A stretch of 20,000 bases of DNA from Microthyrium microscopicum (lineage: Eukaryota), in contig MU004231.1 of assembly GCA_010405405.1 (NCBI GenBank), forward strand, positions 400,934 through 420,933, given 5' to 3'. A program made the position numbers and the translations under genes. Below are positions 1 to 11,999 of this stretch, piece by piece. The notes beneath the pieces are model-generated. The model saw only the letters and a list, made by a program, of their open reading frames with translations, ran no database searches and was not told where the DNA came from. How positions within the stretch are numbered: position 1 is the first letter of the stretch; every line of letters starts with the position of its first letter.

Positions 1-984
1 CGGTGGTGGGTTCCTGCCGCTGGCATAAGTAGACAAGTCATACAGTCGGAGATCCAACGTTACTTGGGTGTTGATGCTTTGGTTCGACCAGGCAAAGGCG
101 GTAACAATCAGGTTTGACTTGACGGCCTCAGCTACCTACCAGCCTATATGCTAATTCATAAAAGACTACTGATGGCTACTATATATCTGCATATCGTAAC
201 TTAACATCGGTACGCTGCACATCATCTTCCATCCATTGTTTGCTCAACTAACCACCAACAGGCCATGCTAGAAGACCTCAAAAAAGAGACACTACGTGTA
301 CAAAAAGAAAAGGACGCCGGTTCTAGATATCAAGACCCTCCTCATCATGACCCCCGGCACAGTGGCTTAGGTCCTACTCCTCCTCTTGCTCATACTGGAT
401 CTGCCTACCCACCTCCTGGACAGGTACCCACGTTATACGGTGGACAAGAAAGTTATCCTCCACCTAGGTCGTCAGGCGGACTGCCTGGATCAGGATACCC
501 AGCTGCCGGTTATCCATCTAACGTTGACCCAAGAGATCAATACTATCAAGGCCAAGGCCAACAGCCCACGTATGGCGGACCTGGTCAACCCAATGTGTCT
601 CCCAATAGCCAGCAGTATGCAAATCCTCATTATTCTAATTCTACGCCCGTGAGTCAACCTTCTGCAGCACCTGGATATGGCTATCCATCGCCGCCTCCCT
701 CAGGATATCCCCAGCATGTTTATCCCAATAATGCCGCCCCTCCACGCCAAGGAGGTCAATATCCTCCTGGCTATTCGCAACCCCCTCAGTCTGGTTATTC
801 TTATGCTCAGGCGCCTACAAGGTACTTTGGACCACCTTCCTATTGGAATGATTTGGTTCACTAAACACTTTTAGTTCAAGCTCGCATGCTGGCTATCAAT
901 ACCAACAAGGAGGACGTAAGTATTTCCTGATTCTATCCCAGTCGGATTCTAATTCCCAGATCAGAATATTCCTACAGGCAATGA
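1..984 (+). CDS. RfeG-like fungal protein (conserved N-terminal domain plus Pro/Gln/Tyr/Gly-rich low-complexity tail), 5' partial; join(<1..111,165..209,262..821,875..915,965..984)
   Basis: Spliced translation RWWVPAAGISRQVIQSEIQRYLGVDALVRPGKGGNNQ/TTDGYYISAYRNLTS/AMLEDLKKETLR... resembles the RfeG-family pattern as I recall it (W.VP..GI.R.VI..DIQRYLG.DALVRPG...GY.I.AYR.LT..M..DL). GT..AG introns at 112-164, 210-261, 822-874 and 916-964 have CTAAT/CTAAC/CTAAA-type branch sites and keep the frame. Ends ...GYQYQQGGQYSYRQ* with TGA at 982-984. The last acceptor is the less certain one. Confidence 0.85.
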
Positions 985-3740
985 AAGATCATGTAATTCC
1001 ATCTTGTTATTTCCCAAGGTTTCTGGAGTTTATGGAGCCTAGATTGTGGTCCCCGGAGTTTTTGGCCCACAGGAATTGGCCTTGGAGCTTGGCGTTTGAA
1101 AGGATCGCAAACTTTGTTTACTTGTCGCTTTTTGTTCATTTGGCCATATCAAAATACGCGCCCATCACTAGATGAAAGGATACAGCCAAAGAGCTGACCA
1201 CGCCACGTTTGAACCCATAGTTAAGGAACACCAAGGTCCGAAGAGCTTCCATTGTAGAAACGGATCGCAGCTGCACCATACGCCAGGAGTTCGCGTCGTA
1301 AATTCCAGGAATTGCTTGTTTTGCATCGTCTACCATACTAGGCCTGGGATTACCACTGGAGGTCATTAACTTACTTTGATCATGGAACCCAATCTGGATT
1401 GTTTCTGCTGTTGCTACAAATAAGCCTTAGACGACTCGTAATTCTAATCCTTGTTCATTCCGGCGCCCGGTTGCTGGAGGATTAAAGCCAGAGCTAAGCT
1501 TCTTACCGGATCATTCAGGATTTGGAATGCCATGTGTTTCTAGATGCATATGCTGAATGGCTTCACTTCCAAAGGACCTCTGGAAGAGACACAGCTCTCT
1601 GTTGGATACTCGGATTCAGGTTGTAGCAGGTAGCCAAAAGTGCGCGGCGAGGGTTTAGCGAGAACGTTACGATTGACGTTGGAAATGTCCTTTTCTATTT
1701 CATGTTAATACGACCATATGGATGGATTCTTCCTGGTATGTTTTTGATCAGCATTATCTTATTTGAACCACTGCATCCACATCGGAGTTGGAAATGACAT
1801 GTCTCGCTTTTTCCTGGTTTGCTGCTTTCTTCTTGCGCTCTTGGTTTTGATATTGATCGCCATTGAACTCGTCCCATTTTTCAGGATTCGGCATTGCAAA
1901 TCATCCTGGAGATTGATATATGTGAATGATGTACGGATGCATCTGAGATTGGCCATCTTCTAACGCTCCTTGCTATGAATGCCCAAGCGAAGAGCAGGGA
2001 GTTACTAGATGTAGTACTTTGCCTCAAATTTGAGTTTCCAGAATCTATCGCGGCATGCTTCCCCAGGCTACCAGTTTTCTGCCAACTTACGATCCATGCT
2101 TGCCTCATAACCGCGGGTTCGCGACCTCGTCCACAAAGCGTTTCTGTTCGTGAAATGCTTGATTTTAGGAAAAGATTTCCTTGTACAGATATCCCTCCTT
2201 CGCAATCATGCTCTACGAACCAAATGTCAAATATGAGATGCAATCATCTGAGACGCTTCGTTGTTGCTGGCCAAGAATCGTCTAGTCATTGCTCATTCTT
2301 ACCTCGCGTCCTTGTATAGCCCATATATCGACAATGACTGTCTCGGAGACTATCATCACTGTGCTTAACTCTCGGGACAGCTGTTTATCTTTCTGTATCA
2401 AAATATGTGGTAATTTACCGTTTCTCAATGACGAGGCTGATATCAGATTCTATCCAGGAAGAGAAAGACCGCAACATCTTCGCGCTGGCCTGAAAAGAAG
2501 TTCGGCTTATGGTATTGTTGGGTAGAGTACTCGGACAATGGTTTCGTCATGTTCCAAGCTGAACAGGATAGTCTTGGATGTTTGATAGATTATTTGGCTC
2601 GAAGTCTATATCAAACATGATGGGGCATGAATCGATACGCGCATGCCAAGTAGAGTTCTGCATGAATGTGATATTAGCATGGAATCGCATTTTACCAAAA
2701 TCTTTCGCATCATTTCGAGAACTCAGGCCTTGCTGCTGGAGAATTATCAAAACCTCTTCGATCCTGGTTGGAATATCGGAAATCCGTACCCGTACGTTGT
2801 ACTACCTGCGTTCAACGATACGTTATACATCGCCACATCTGCTCGAAGGTCGGTTCAAATAATCAAATATAGGTCGATCTCAATGATTTGGAATTGACAA
2901 GAATATTCCAAATTGAAGTTTTCCACAAACTTCACTGTATTCCATAGAATTCCCCATCCTCCTCCTATTCTCGCATCTAGACCTGAGTGGCAAAAAATCG
3001 ATGTAAGCACGTGAAGTTCATTGGTGGTCCAATACATGTCGCAGAACCTCAACCACATTACAGCCATGACGGCATCCGTCGATGCAATTGACGATCTCGG
3101 TTAGGGACCTGACCGCCCAGACGTTTACGATCTGCTCTGTTATGTTCTCCGCCTTGAGCCGCATAACGCAACGCAATGCACGATGGGAAAATACCCTTAA
3201 AAAACAGCTTATCGTGCGTTAGTAATGTCGGTGAAGATTAGAAGAGGGTTCGGAAAGTGGGCCATGAAAGTTCAAGGGTCCTGCGACCCACTGCTATGGT
3301 CTGGGGAGGCCTCTTTTGCGGTTTGTGGTTAGATTTTGCGACTGAACGGCGAAATGCGAGAACTGGTGTAGAGTAGTCCGCGTGCAATTGGATAAGAGTG
3401 CTGATCAACACTGACAAAGTTTCTCGCGGATTGTTTTAGTTGCCTTGCGTTCCCGATAGGTTTCCACCGGCCGGACCGAATGGGCGGAGTTACAAGATAA
3501 TTTTGAAAGTTTTGATCGACATACGATGCTGCTAAAAGTACTCGCTAGAATGATATCTGTTAGTGCTATCGACGGTGGTCATGCTCTGCAGGATTGTCCA
3601 CTCTGGATCGTTACGGAGGAATACTCCGCCATGCTGACTCTCCAATCGCTATGATATCGTTTGACGGGTGGCGTATCTGGCAGTTTGAAGCAAGTCGGTG
3701 TGGCAAAAAATGATGTTCAAGGGTGCATGCGGATAATGAG

Positions 3741-3772
3741 AACCAATGTTATCTCAGCCAATCAGATCACGC
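3741..3772. promoter_or_regulatory. Two CCAAT-box-like motifs immediately outside the RIP boundary
   Basis: AACCAATG at ~3741 and AGCCAATCAG at ~3756; motif match only. Confidence 0.3.
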
Positions 3773-4371
3773 CAAGTCTCCACTAGCTGCGACGTAGTCA
3801 CGTCTAAGGATAACTTAGAAAATTTTATAGCGACTTACTTTGCAATTTTGCTATTTTTATAAATAACTTAATACTATTATAATTATAGCCCTATAGCTTA
3901 AATTTAGTACTATTTAATCCTTATAGTTAGAAATTAGCTTTCTAATAAATCTATTTTTATTTAGGATTAACGTAAAACTATAATATTTAACTATTCCTCC
4001 TAATATACCTAAAAACGTCTAACGTATTTATATTTTAGTAAGCGTACCTTTAACTATTAATTACTAAATAATCGCTATAATATATATAATTTTATATATA
4101 TAAATATACTTAAAACTATTATCTATTTTAATCTAGTACGTTATTTTTAGGTTATTATTATTAATAGTAGTATATACTCTATTTTTATTCTACTAACTAC
4201 TATATTATTACCTACCTAGTTAATTATTTCCTTATTATAGGATATATATATAAACTATTAAAGGATTATACTTAATAGATATTAAGAGTTTTCTAGTACT
4301 ATATATTAATTAAAGTCTATAAGACGTTAGTAAAATCTTTAATAAGCCTAATAAAGTTGCTACTTCTTATA

Positions 4372-4440
4372 AGATCTAGATAATATTAGAAGATCTATTA
4401 AGATATTAGAAGATCTATTAAGATATTAGAAGATCTATAG
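4372..4440 (+). repeat. 20-bp tandem repeat (ATATTAGAAGATCTATTAAG) about 3 copies plus a degenerate copy
   Basis: Directly visible: ..aagatctagataatattagaagatctattaagatattagaagatctattaagatattagaagatctatag.. Confidence 0.85.
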
Positions 4441-4529
4441 TAATATTTAATTATTCCATCTATGCCTTACTACTAATCTATTATACTTATTATATATTCT
4501 AAGTTAAAACTTTTTTAACTAAGTTAGTA

Positions 4530-7500
4530 ATGCTATTTATAAAGACGAAAAGAATACTAAAAGCGCTTCTAAGCTTTAAAAAGAAGCCTATAAATAGGCA
4601 AACTAATAATAGGGAACGTTTTTCTAATTATTACAAAAGCTAAGAGATATAATACCCTCTATTACTATACGACCTAGACGAGATAGAGCTAAAAGAACTT
4701 AATAAACGTACTAGGAGGATATTTAGAATAAAACTAGAAACTATCTATAAGATAATTAATATCTTAACTTAAAGTAAAAGTTATTTAAAGAAACAGCCTA
4801 GCGTATTAAAAAGTACTTTAAAATAATTCTATCTAGACATTAAGTTAAAAGAAGCCTAAATTTAAGCCTTTTATATATTAATTTATAATAGTAGGGATAT
4901 ACTTTTAATAGCTAAAACTAGGTTTAGCAAAAGCTTAATCCTATATACCTATAATACTTTAACTAGTAAGATTATACTCTAAATTATTCCTCTTAATAGA
5001 CTTAGGAAAGACTAGTATAATAGTATTAAGAACATAGAAGAATATACTTCTTATCTACTAATAAGGGATTCTAAAGAGAAAATTTAATATCTTACTTATA
5101 GGATAAGGAGAAGAGACTTTAGTTATATTCTTTTATTACTAAAGCTAGTATTATCTCTAGACTTCTAAAAACTTCTAAAGGATGTAGAGTTTTAGTAAAG
5201 AATTAAATATATTACTATTAATAAGTATTATCTTGTCTATTAGTAGTATAACTTTTAAACAAAGTTTACTATAATTAGCAAGCTTAGAGTAATATTACTA
5301 TAGAATATCGTCTAGTTTAGATATACTAGTATATTAAGTTAATTAGCGTAGGAAATAGTTCTTTAGCTTAGTAGCTTTTAATAGTTAGGTTAATATTAGC
5401 AATAAACTACTCTATTAAGAATAAGTATTAATTGTCTAAATCTTTCTATTATTATACGCTTTATTAAGAAAGGTAAGCTTACTTCTTTTAATAATCTTTA
5501 TAATATTTTATAGTACGCGTTTTAATAAGTATATAAAACTACTACCTTAGTAGATAAGAATTACTATAAAGTAACTACTAGCTAATAAAAAGTTTAACGC
5601 TAGGACGTATAGTTTAATAATAAGTATAGTACTAGTATAGATATAGTAAGTCCTAGATCTAATCTTTATTCTATAAAGAATAAGGATAATACTAATAGTA
5701 AACGTTTAGGTAAAGAAGATATTAATATTAATAGTTCTAGCTAACATCCTAAACTTAAGTATAAGTATATACGTAAACGCTCTAACTATAAGATTAAAGT
5801 TAGTAGTCTATCTAAGATACTAAAGATAATTATCTTTATTAATAGTATCTTTAGTATCTAAACTATACTTATATACCTTTACTATTTACTAATTATACTT
5901 ACTTCTTATCTTCCTAATAGTTACCCTAAGAAGTACTTACGTAATTTAAAAGCTAGAGTATTTTATGTTAATAAGATTATTAAGGAGTATACGTCTTAGT
6001 TATCTAAGTATAATCAAAATTACTATTATACTACTTTTTATAAACCTAACTCTAAGATTTAAATTATAGTAGTAATAACTTATCTTAAGCTTAGCTACTA
6101 TATTCCTAGTATTATGCTTATTATTATTTAGAAAATACTAATTAGTTATAATATACTAAATCTCTAGTAGTATACTAGTTATAGCGCGTAAAGTAAAGAT
6201 AACTATAGTATAGTTAAAATTTAGCTCCTATATTACTTATATAATAAATATATAAAAGAATAACCTATTTAGGATATACCTAAGCTTAGTATAGCTATAA
6301 CGCGCTAGTAGAAGACTACTACGCGTTATATACTTTTATTATATTACGCTATATAATAATAATATTAGTCTTAGTAAGCTCTTTTCTAGTAAGCTTTATT
6401 ATATCCTCTATTATAAGTATAGATACTAGGCAATATATTAGATATTAGCGAAAATAGCCTTACTAATATAGAATAAGAATCTACTAAACTAGAATCTTTT
6501 GTAGCTAGTTCATCTTAGGCTAGACTTTTAACCTAGAATATAGTAAGGAAGCAAAAGAAGTTAAAGAAGATAAAGTTCTTTTCTAAACCTAAGACTAAGT
6601 AATAAGTAAAAATACCCTAAGAGTTCTATAATTTAGTAAACGCTAATTATATCTACGTTATAATTTAGAAGTTTCTTAGTAAAGATTAAATACTATTTTT
6701 ACTAGCTTAGGATCTACTACTTTACTATAATAGATATAACCTAGCCCTATTACTTCTAAAGATTACTCCTTATAAAGACAAATTAGCTAAACTAAAACCT
6801 TTAGCTCTTAATAGTTATAGCTAGTTTACTTTAGAAAAGATTATAGCTTAAGTATAAGACTAGATATAAAGATTATATCTACTCTCTACTATATCTAAGT
6901 ATAGTATATTATCTTTTATAGTACTAAGCTATTATACTTAATAGTAGTTAGTTTATATCTTCTTTAGTATTACTAAGCTTAGTAACTTACTATCCTTAAT
7001 AAAATAGGATTAGTTAAAGAGTTAAGTAACTCTTCTTTATAACTAGGATGAATATAATAATTATAGTATAGACCTACTTAAAAAGCTTAAGGTATTAGCT
7101 ATTCTAGTACTTATAAGGTTTACTAAACTTAAGTAATAGAGGCAAGAACGTAAGAAATAAAAAGAGGTAATAAAAAGCTAAAGCGTATCTTAATCTACTA
7201 ATTAATAAGTAATTAAGATTAACTTAGCTAAGGATACTAATAAGGCTATTAGATAGTAGCAAGAAGCTAATTATACTAATATTAAGGCTTATTTTAAAGC
7301 TATAGCATATAAATAAGATAAAAAATAGCATTACTAAAGTAGCTTACTATCTTAGATAATAAGTATATCTAGTACTACGTTAATATCTAGTTTAGCTTTA
7401 AGACTATTAGCCTCTTCTCTAGCTCTTAAGCCTTCTTATTACTATACGTTATAGGCTATAGTTAATACTATAATTCTTAAGAATTCTAAGCTAAGTAGTC

Positions 7501-7685
7501 CTATATCTCTACTTACTAGCAAAACTATACGTTATAGTACTCTTATAGAGTTACCTATTAGCTTAACCTAGGCTAGAGCTAGTAAGTAAGTAAAAGATAC
7601 TTTAAGTATACTACCTAGTTATAAAAGAGCTACTTAGTTACTAAGTATCGCTAGTATTAAATAAGTAGAGAAGAGAGCTTAATAG
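4530..7685 (+). pseudogene. RIP-mutated RecQ-like superfamily 2 (DExH) DNA helicase, about 1,050 codons, intronless
   Basis: All motifs lie in frame with ATG 4530. Motif I GCT AAA ACT AGG TTT AGC AAA AGC (4911-4934) restores to AKTGFGKS. Motif Ia reads QIIPLNRLGEDQ. Motif II AAT AAG TAT TAT (5220-5231) restores to DECH in the context IAIDECHLV.QW..FR..F..IGELR. Motif III reads WFGCTGTL, followed by SIDRPNL. Motif IV IPKTIIFID is at 5817-5843, motif V IRIMVATT.L.LG..IP at ~6057-6107 and motif VI LWQRAGRGAR at 6162-6191. A Zn module C.R...CCNRCNP is at 6648-6743. Stops are TAA/TAG as expected from mutated CAA/CAG/TGG/CGA. The 3' end is approximate. Confidence 0.9.
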
Positions 7686-7749
7686 GGAACTATTAGGTTA
7701 AGCTATATCTAGAAAACGCATATTAGGCATTTATTAATTCTTATAGAAA

Positions 7750-10700
7750 AGGAAAAGTATAATACTATCTTTCCTAACTAATTATTACTTTAACTTAGTA
7801 TGTCTTTTAATACTAGTACGTAGAGTTCTATGCTCCTAGTAGGCTATCTACTCTATATCTAATATTAGTAAAATGCTACCCTCTAATTAGTTAATATTAA
7901 CTAAGATCTTCTAAGATTAAATTAGATTATTCTACAAATTTAAATATATTATAACAATACTAAACTTCTACTATCTAAGTATATTATTTCTAGCAAAGTT
8001 AGATAGGATAGTATATAGCTATAGGCTTACTAATAATAAGACTATATTCTATTATTATACTATTAATAGAAGCTATATATACTAATAACTTTTACTATAT
8101 TTTTAGCAAAAGTATAATTATAGAATAAGTTATTATATGCTTCTCTTATTAAAGCTTTTAGTTAATATACTATCTACTAGTATAGCTATCCCTTAGTATA
8201 ACGCTATTACTTTATAGTATTTAAAGCGCATAAGAAGATATATTTACTTCTCTCTTTAAAGGTCTTATTATAATATTAGTAGCCTTCTATCTATTATAGT
8301 ATATTACTCTTAGTATTATATCTTACTACGTCTAAGTAAAGATTAAATTTCTATATAAAGTAATAGCTTAAGATAGCAAGCTAAGTATAGTTACTACTTA
8401 CTTAACTTAATCCTTATAGCACGTAAAAGGAACTAACTACTATATAGTAATATTGTTAATATTAGTGCCTATAGAAAAGAAGTTAGTAAGCTAAAAGATA
8501 AGAAGTAAATATAGCCTACTATAGTGCCTATTTAAACTAGTTAAGACTAGAGCCTAATAAGTATTTAATTATATCTATCGCTCTAGATCCTTTATATTTC
8601 TTCTTTATACCTTTACTCTATATTTAAGCTTTATAAAGCTTTGCTTTATAGAGATATTTAGTAAGTTTAACGTTAATATTAACGTTATATACTATATTAT
8701 TTATACGCCTTTCTATGCGTAGTTTTAAGTTACTTTACTTACTTAGTAACCTCTAGTTAGCGTGCGTATAAGGCTATTTAGGTTTATTTCTAAGTTTAAC
8801 TCTTAGACTAATTCTTACACTTCTTTAGGCCTAATTATTATCTTTATAGTACTAATATTAAATCTCTAGTTACTACTTCTAAGTTTATAGCGCTAGATTT
8901 AAAATCGTATTTACTACTTCTTAGCAGCTTAGTAGCCTAGAAAATTAGGTCCTTATTTATACGTATTTAGTCTAATATTCTTTACTTATTTATTAAGCCT
9001 TATATTAAGAGAGTTCCTTAAGTTAATCTATATTTACCTAATAAGCTTTAAGTAAACTATTATTTTAAACACTACCTATTCTAAGCTTATTATAGCTTAT
9101 CTTTATAGGCTTATAAGTAGCTAGTAAGTAGTTAATATTTAATAGATAATACTACGTAAATCTTGCTAACTTGCTTATAAATAAGTAATAATATAGTTAC
9201 TAATTTTATAGGTTTAATCCTAGTCTTATAGCGCAAGATTTTAGTTACTAAATCTAGATAACTTTAGTTTATATAGTAGAGACTATCTTCTAAAATTTAT
9301 ATTACGTGCTATTAGACTAGGTTAGACTTCTTCTATTCTAAGGCTTAGAAGTAGACTATATAGTAGCTATTTATTCTACGCCTTATAGTAGTAGTATTAT
9401 TATAGCTTTTAGTAAGTTAATCTCATTCTATAATATCTAATTCTAAGATTAATAGTAAGCACTTTAGATTTTTATAATACCTCTAATACTTATAGAATAA
9501 ACCTATAGACCTCTTATATCTTTAAGAGATCTATTCTATTATAAGGCTATCGTAATTAAGCTACCTTATAATATCTACTATCTTGCGTTATTAACGCTCC
9601 TATAGTAAATAGGCTTTTACAAAGATATTCTAGTATATAATTAACTAATATTTTTATAGAACTTTATATAATTTATTAGAACTTTATACTTTAGGAAAGA
9701 ATAATAAGATATTATCCTTAGGAATAGTTTTAATAGGAAATAATAGCTTAAACTAACTAGGCTTTATTTTTATAAGAGTATAGATTAAATAGGAGTATTA
9801 CTATAATAAAACCTTCCCTTGCCCTATATTTTAAAGCTCTTTAATAATATATATATTAGCTTTATATACCCTTTATAAACGTTAGCTTTCTATTAGACTT
9901 TTAAAGATGCCTTAATATTACTAGCCTTTAGTATATTTAGTATACTATAATATGCTATATATTTATACTAACCTATTTAAATATAATTTTAAGGGTAAAA
10001 AAAAGATATATAGCCTAAAGGCCTACATAGTAATTATTATAGAATCTAGAATAGTCTATTAATAAGAGATATATTTATACTATAATAAGTACATAGACCT
10101 CCTAAGTACTTTTCCTAATGCTAATAAGTATATTCCTTTACTTTTAAATTATAAATAATAATATTAATAATATTATAGTAATAATAATTAAGAAGAATAG
10201 GTAGTAGTCTAGGGCTTACTATCCTTAAATCTACCTACTCTTCTCTTCTCTTCTCTACTATCGCTACTACTACTATAGTAGTCTTCTTGCGTAGTTACGC
10301 CTCTAGGTGTAATTTAATAACTATTATTATCTAAGCTTAAGCTCTTAAATAAGCGTAGATACCTTACTTTATCTACTTTCTTATATTCTTTTAAGCAAAA
10401 GTCCTTAGCGTTACCTACTAATTTTAATAGCGATTTATTTACTTTATAAGAGAAGGATTTACTTACCTTTAAAAAGGCTCCTCCTACTATAGAAAAGGAG
10501 GATTTATATATATAGAATAAGGATAAAGATAATACGCTAGTCTATAATAATAATTATAATAATAATAATAGTTACGATTTATTTATACCTTCTTAGTCTT
10601 CTTCTTCTCTCTACTCTTAAGAAAGCTCTACTACTCCTTTTACTAAGACGCCTTAGGGCTCTTTTCCTCCTTTTTCTTTTTCTCTTTAGTTAGCTAGTAT

Positions 10701-11000
10701 ACTATATTTTAGTAAAGTTTTTTCTTACGCTATAAACTTCTTTACTACGCATACTATTATACTATCTTCTTTTAACCTATTATCTCCTATTGCCTTAATT
10801 TCTTCTACTAGTATTTATAATAGCACTACCTATATAGACTTTAATAAGGAAGTTAAAGCTATAAAAGCTTTACTTATAGCTTATATAGTAGCTACTATTA
10901 TAAAGGCCTCCTCTTTAGGCTTAATTAGGTCTTTTAACTTAAAGGCTATAGCTATTACTAAGGCCTACGGTTTAGTTAAGAAAATCTCTTAGTATTTTTA
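7750..11000 (-). pseudogene. RIP-degenerate gene of unknown function, convergent with the helicase
   Basis: Long minus-strand frame with coding-like composition after de-RIP, including an acidic/charged tract near 10,600-10,720. Probable 51-nt intron GTAGGC...CTAAC...TATAG at 8469-8519 (minus). Cys/His-rich segment near 9,920-10,100. Boundaries are approximate. Confidence 0.45.
10545..10570 (+). repeat. Imperfect (AAT)n microsatellite-like tract
   Basis: ataataataattataataataataata; may be a RIP-converted trinucleotide coding repeat (e.g. poly-Ser TCA on the minus strand). Confidence 0.5.
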
Positions 11001-11999
11001 TAAGAGTAGTAATGTTTTAAATTACTCTCTCGTACTAGATTATTTCTAGTTAGTAACTATTAACTAGTAAGAGGCTATATTACTTAACTAGAAGCATAAG
11101 GTGACTTATATTAGTTATATAGAAGAGATAGATACTAGTAAGACTTTTACTAGTAATAATGCTTATAAGCGTTGCTAGCTTAAGAGTTATATATACTAAG
11201 TATATATTTTAGAGGTAAGAAATATTCTTAAAAAACCTAGGTTCTAGTATTTATAATACTATGTAGCAAAGCCGCTAAAGGATAGTTATAGTATAGTTAG
11301 ACTTATAAATATACTAACTAGGAAGAAGAGAGCGTTAGGAAGATTACTAAAGGAATATAGAGAGTTTATAGTAATTTTACCTATTAGTAGAGGTTTAGCT
11401 AGTATGTTAACTTAAATAGTAATAGGTATAGTATAGTAAAAGATAGTATTTTAATATACTTTATACGTAATAATAATAACTACCTAAGTATATTTTATTC
11501 TTTACGATTAATAGTTTAATCTAGCTTTATAGGTTTATAAGACTCTACTAAATAACTATAAATATCTAGTATAGCTTAATATCGTAAGATACGTCTTAAT
11601 ACGCTTTATTTTCGTAAAATAAGGTTTAACTTAGCTCTACAAGCTTAGTCTAGCTTCTTCTAAATAGCTATAGGTTTTAAGGCAGCCCTAATTATAAGAC
11701 TCTATATCCTATATAATTATAATAAATAAAACTATTATAATTATATAAACTTAGTTCTTATTCTTATTATAATCGTTTAACTATAACTATTAGTATTTAA
11801 TACTATATATAGATTAATTTAGGAGGTAAAGTAGCTATACTTCATTATAGTTAGAAAAGTTATTATATACTTAAAGTTAAGGAATATAATACGATTAAAG
11901 TACTAATATAAAGATTTAATAAAATTAATATAAATTTAATAAGATAAAGTTAGGAAAAGAGGCTATAAATACTAATTAATTAGATATACGCTTTTCTAT

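Noticed and set aside
386..3067. Short ORFs in the track other than 265..864 (60-120 aa, both strands)
   Set aside because: They overlap one another or the RfeG-like gene, show no recognisable motifs, and I could not build a consistent spliced model. Likely spurious.
3800..7700. Starship element with a captain gene at the boundary
   Set aside because: The first gene is an SF2 helicase, not a DUF3435 tyrosine recombinase. A Starship in the opposite orientation with its captain outside the window cannot be excluded.
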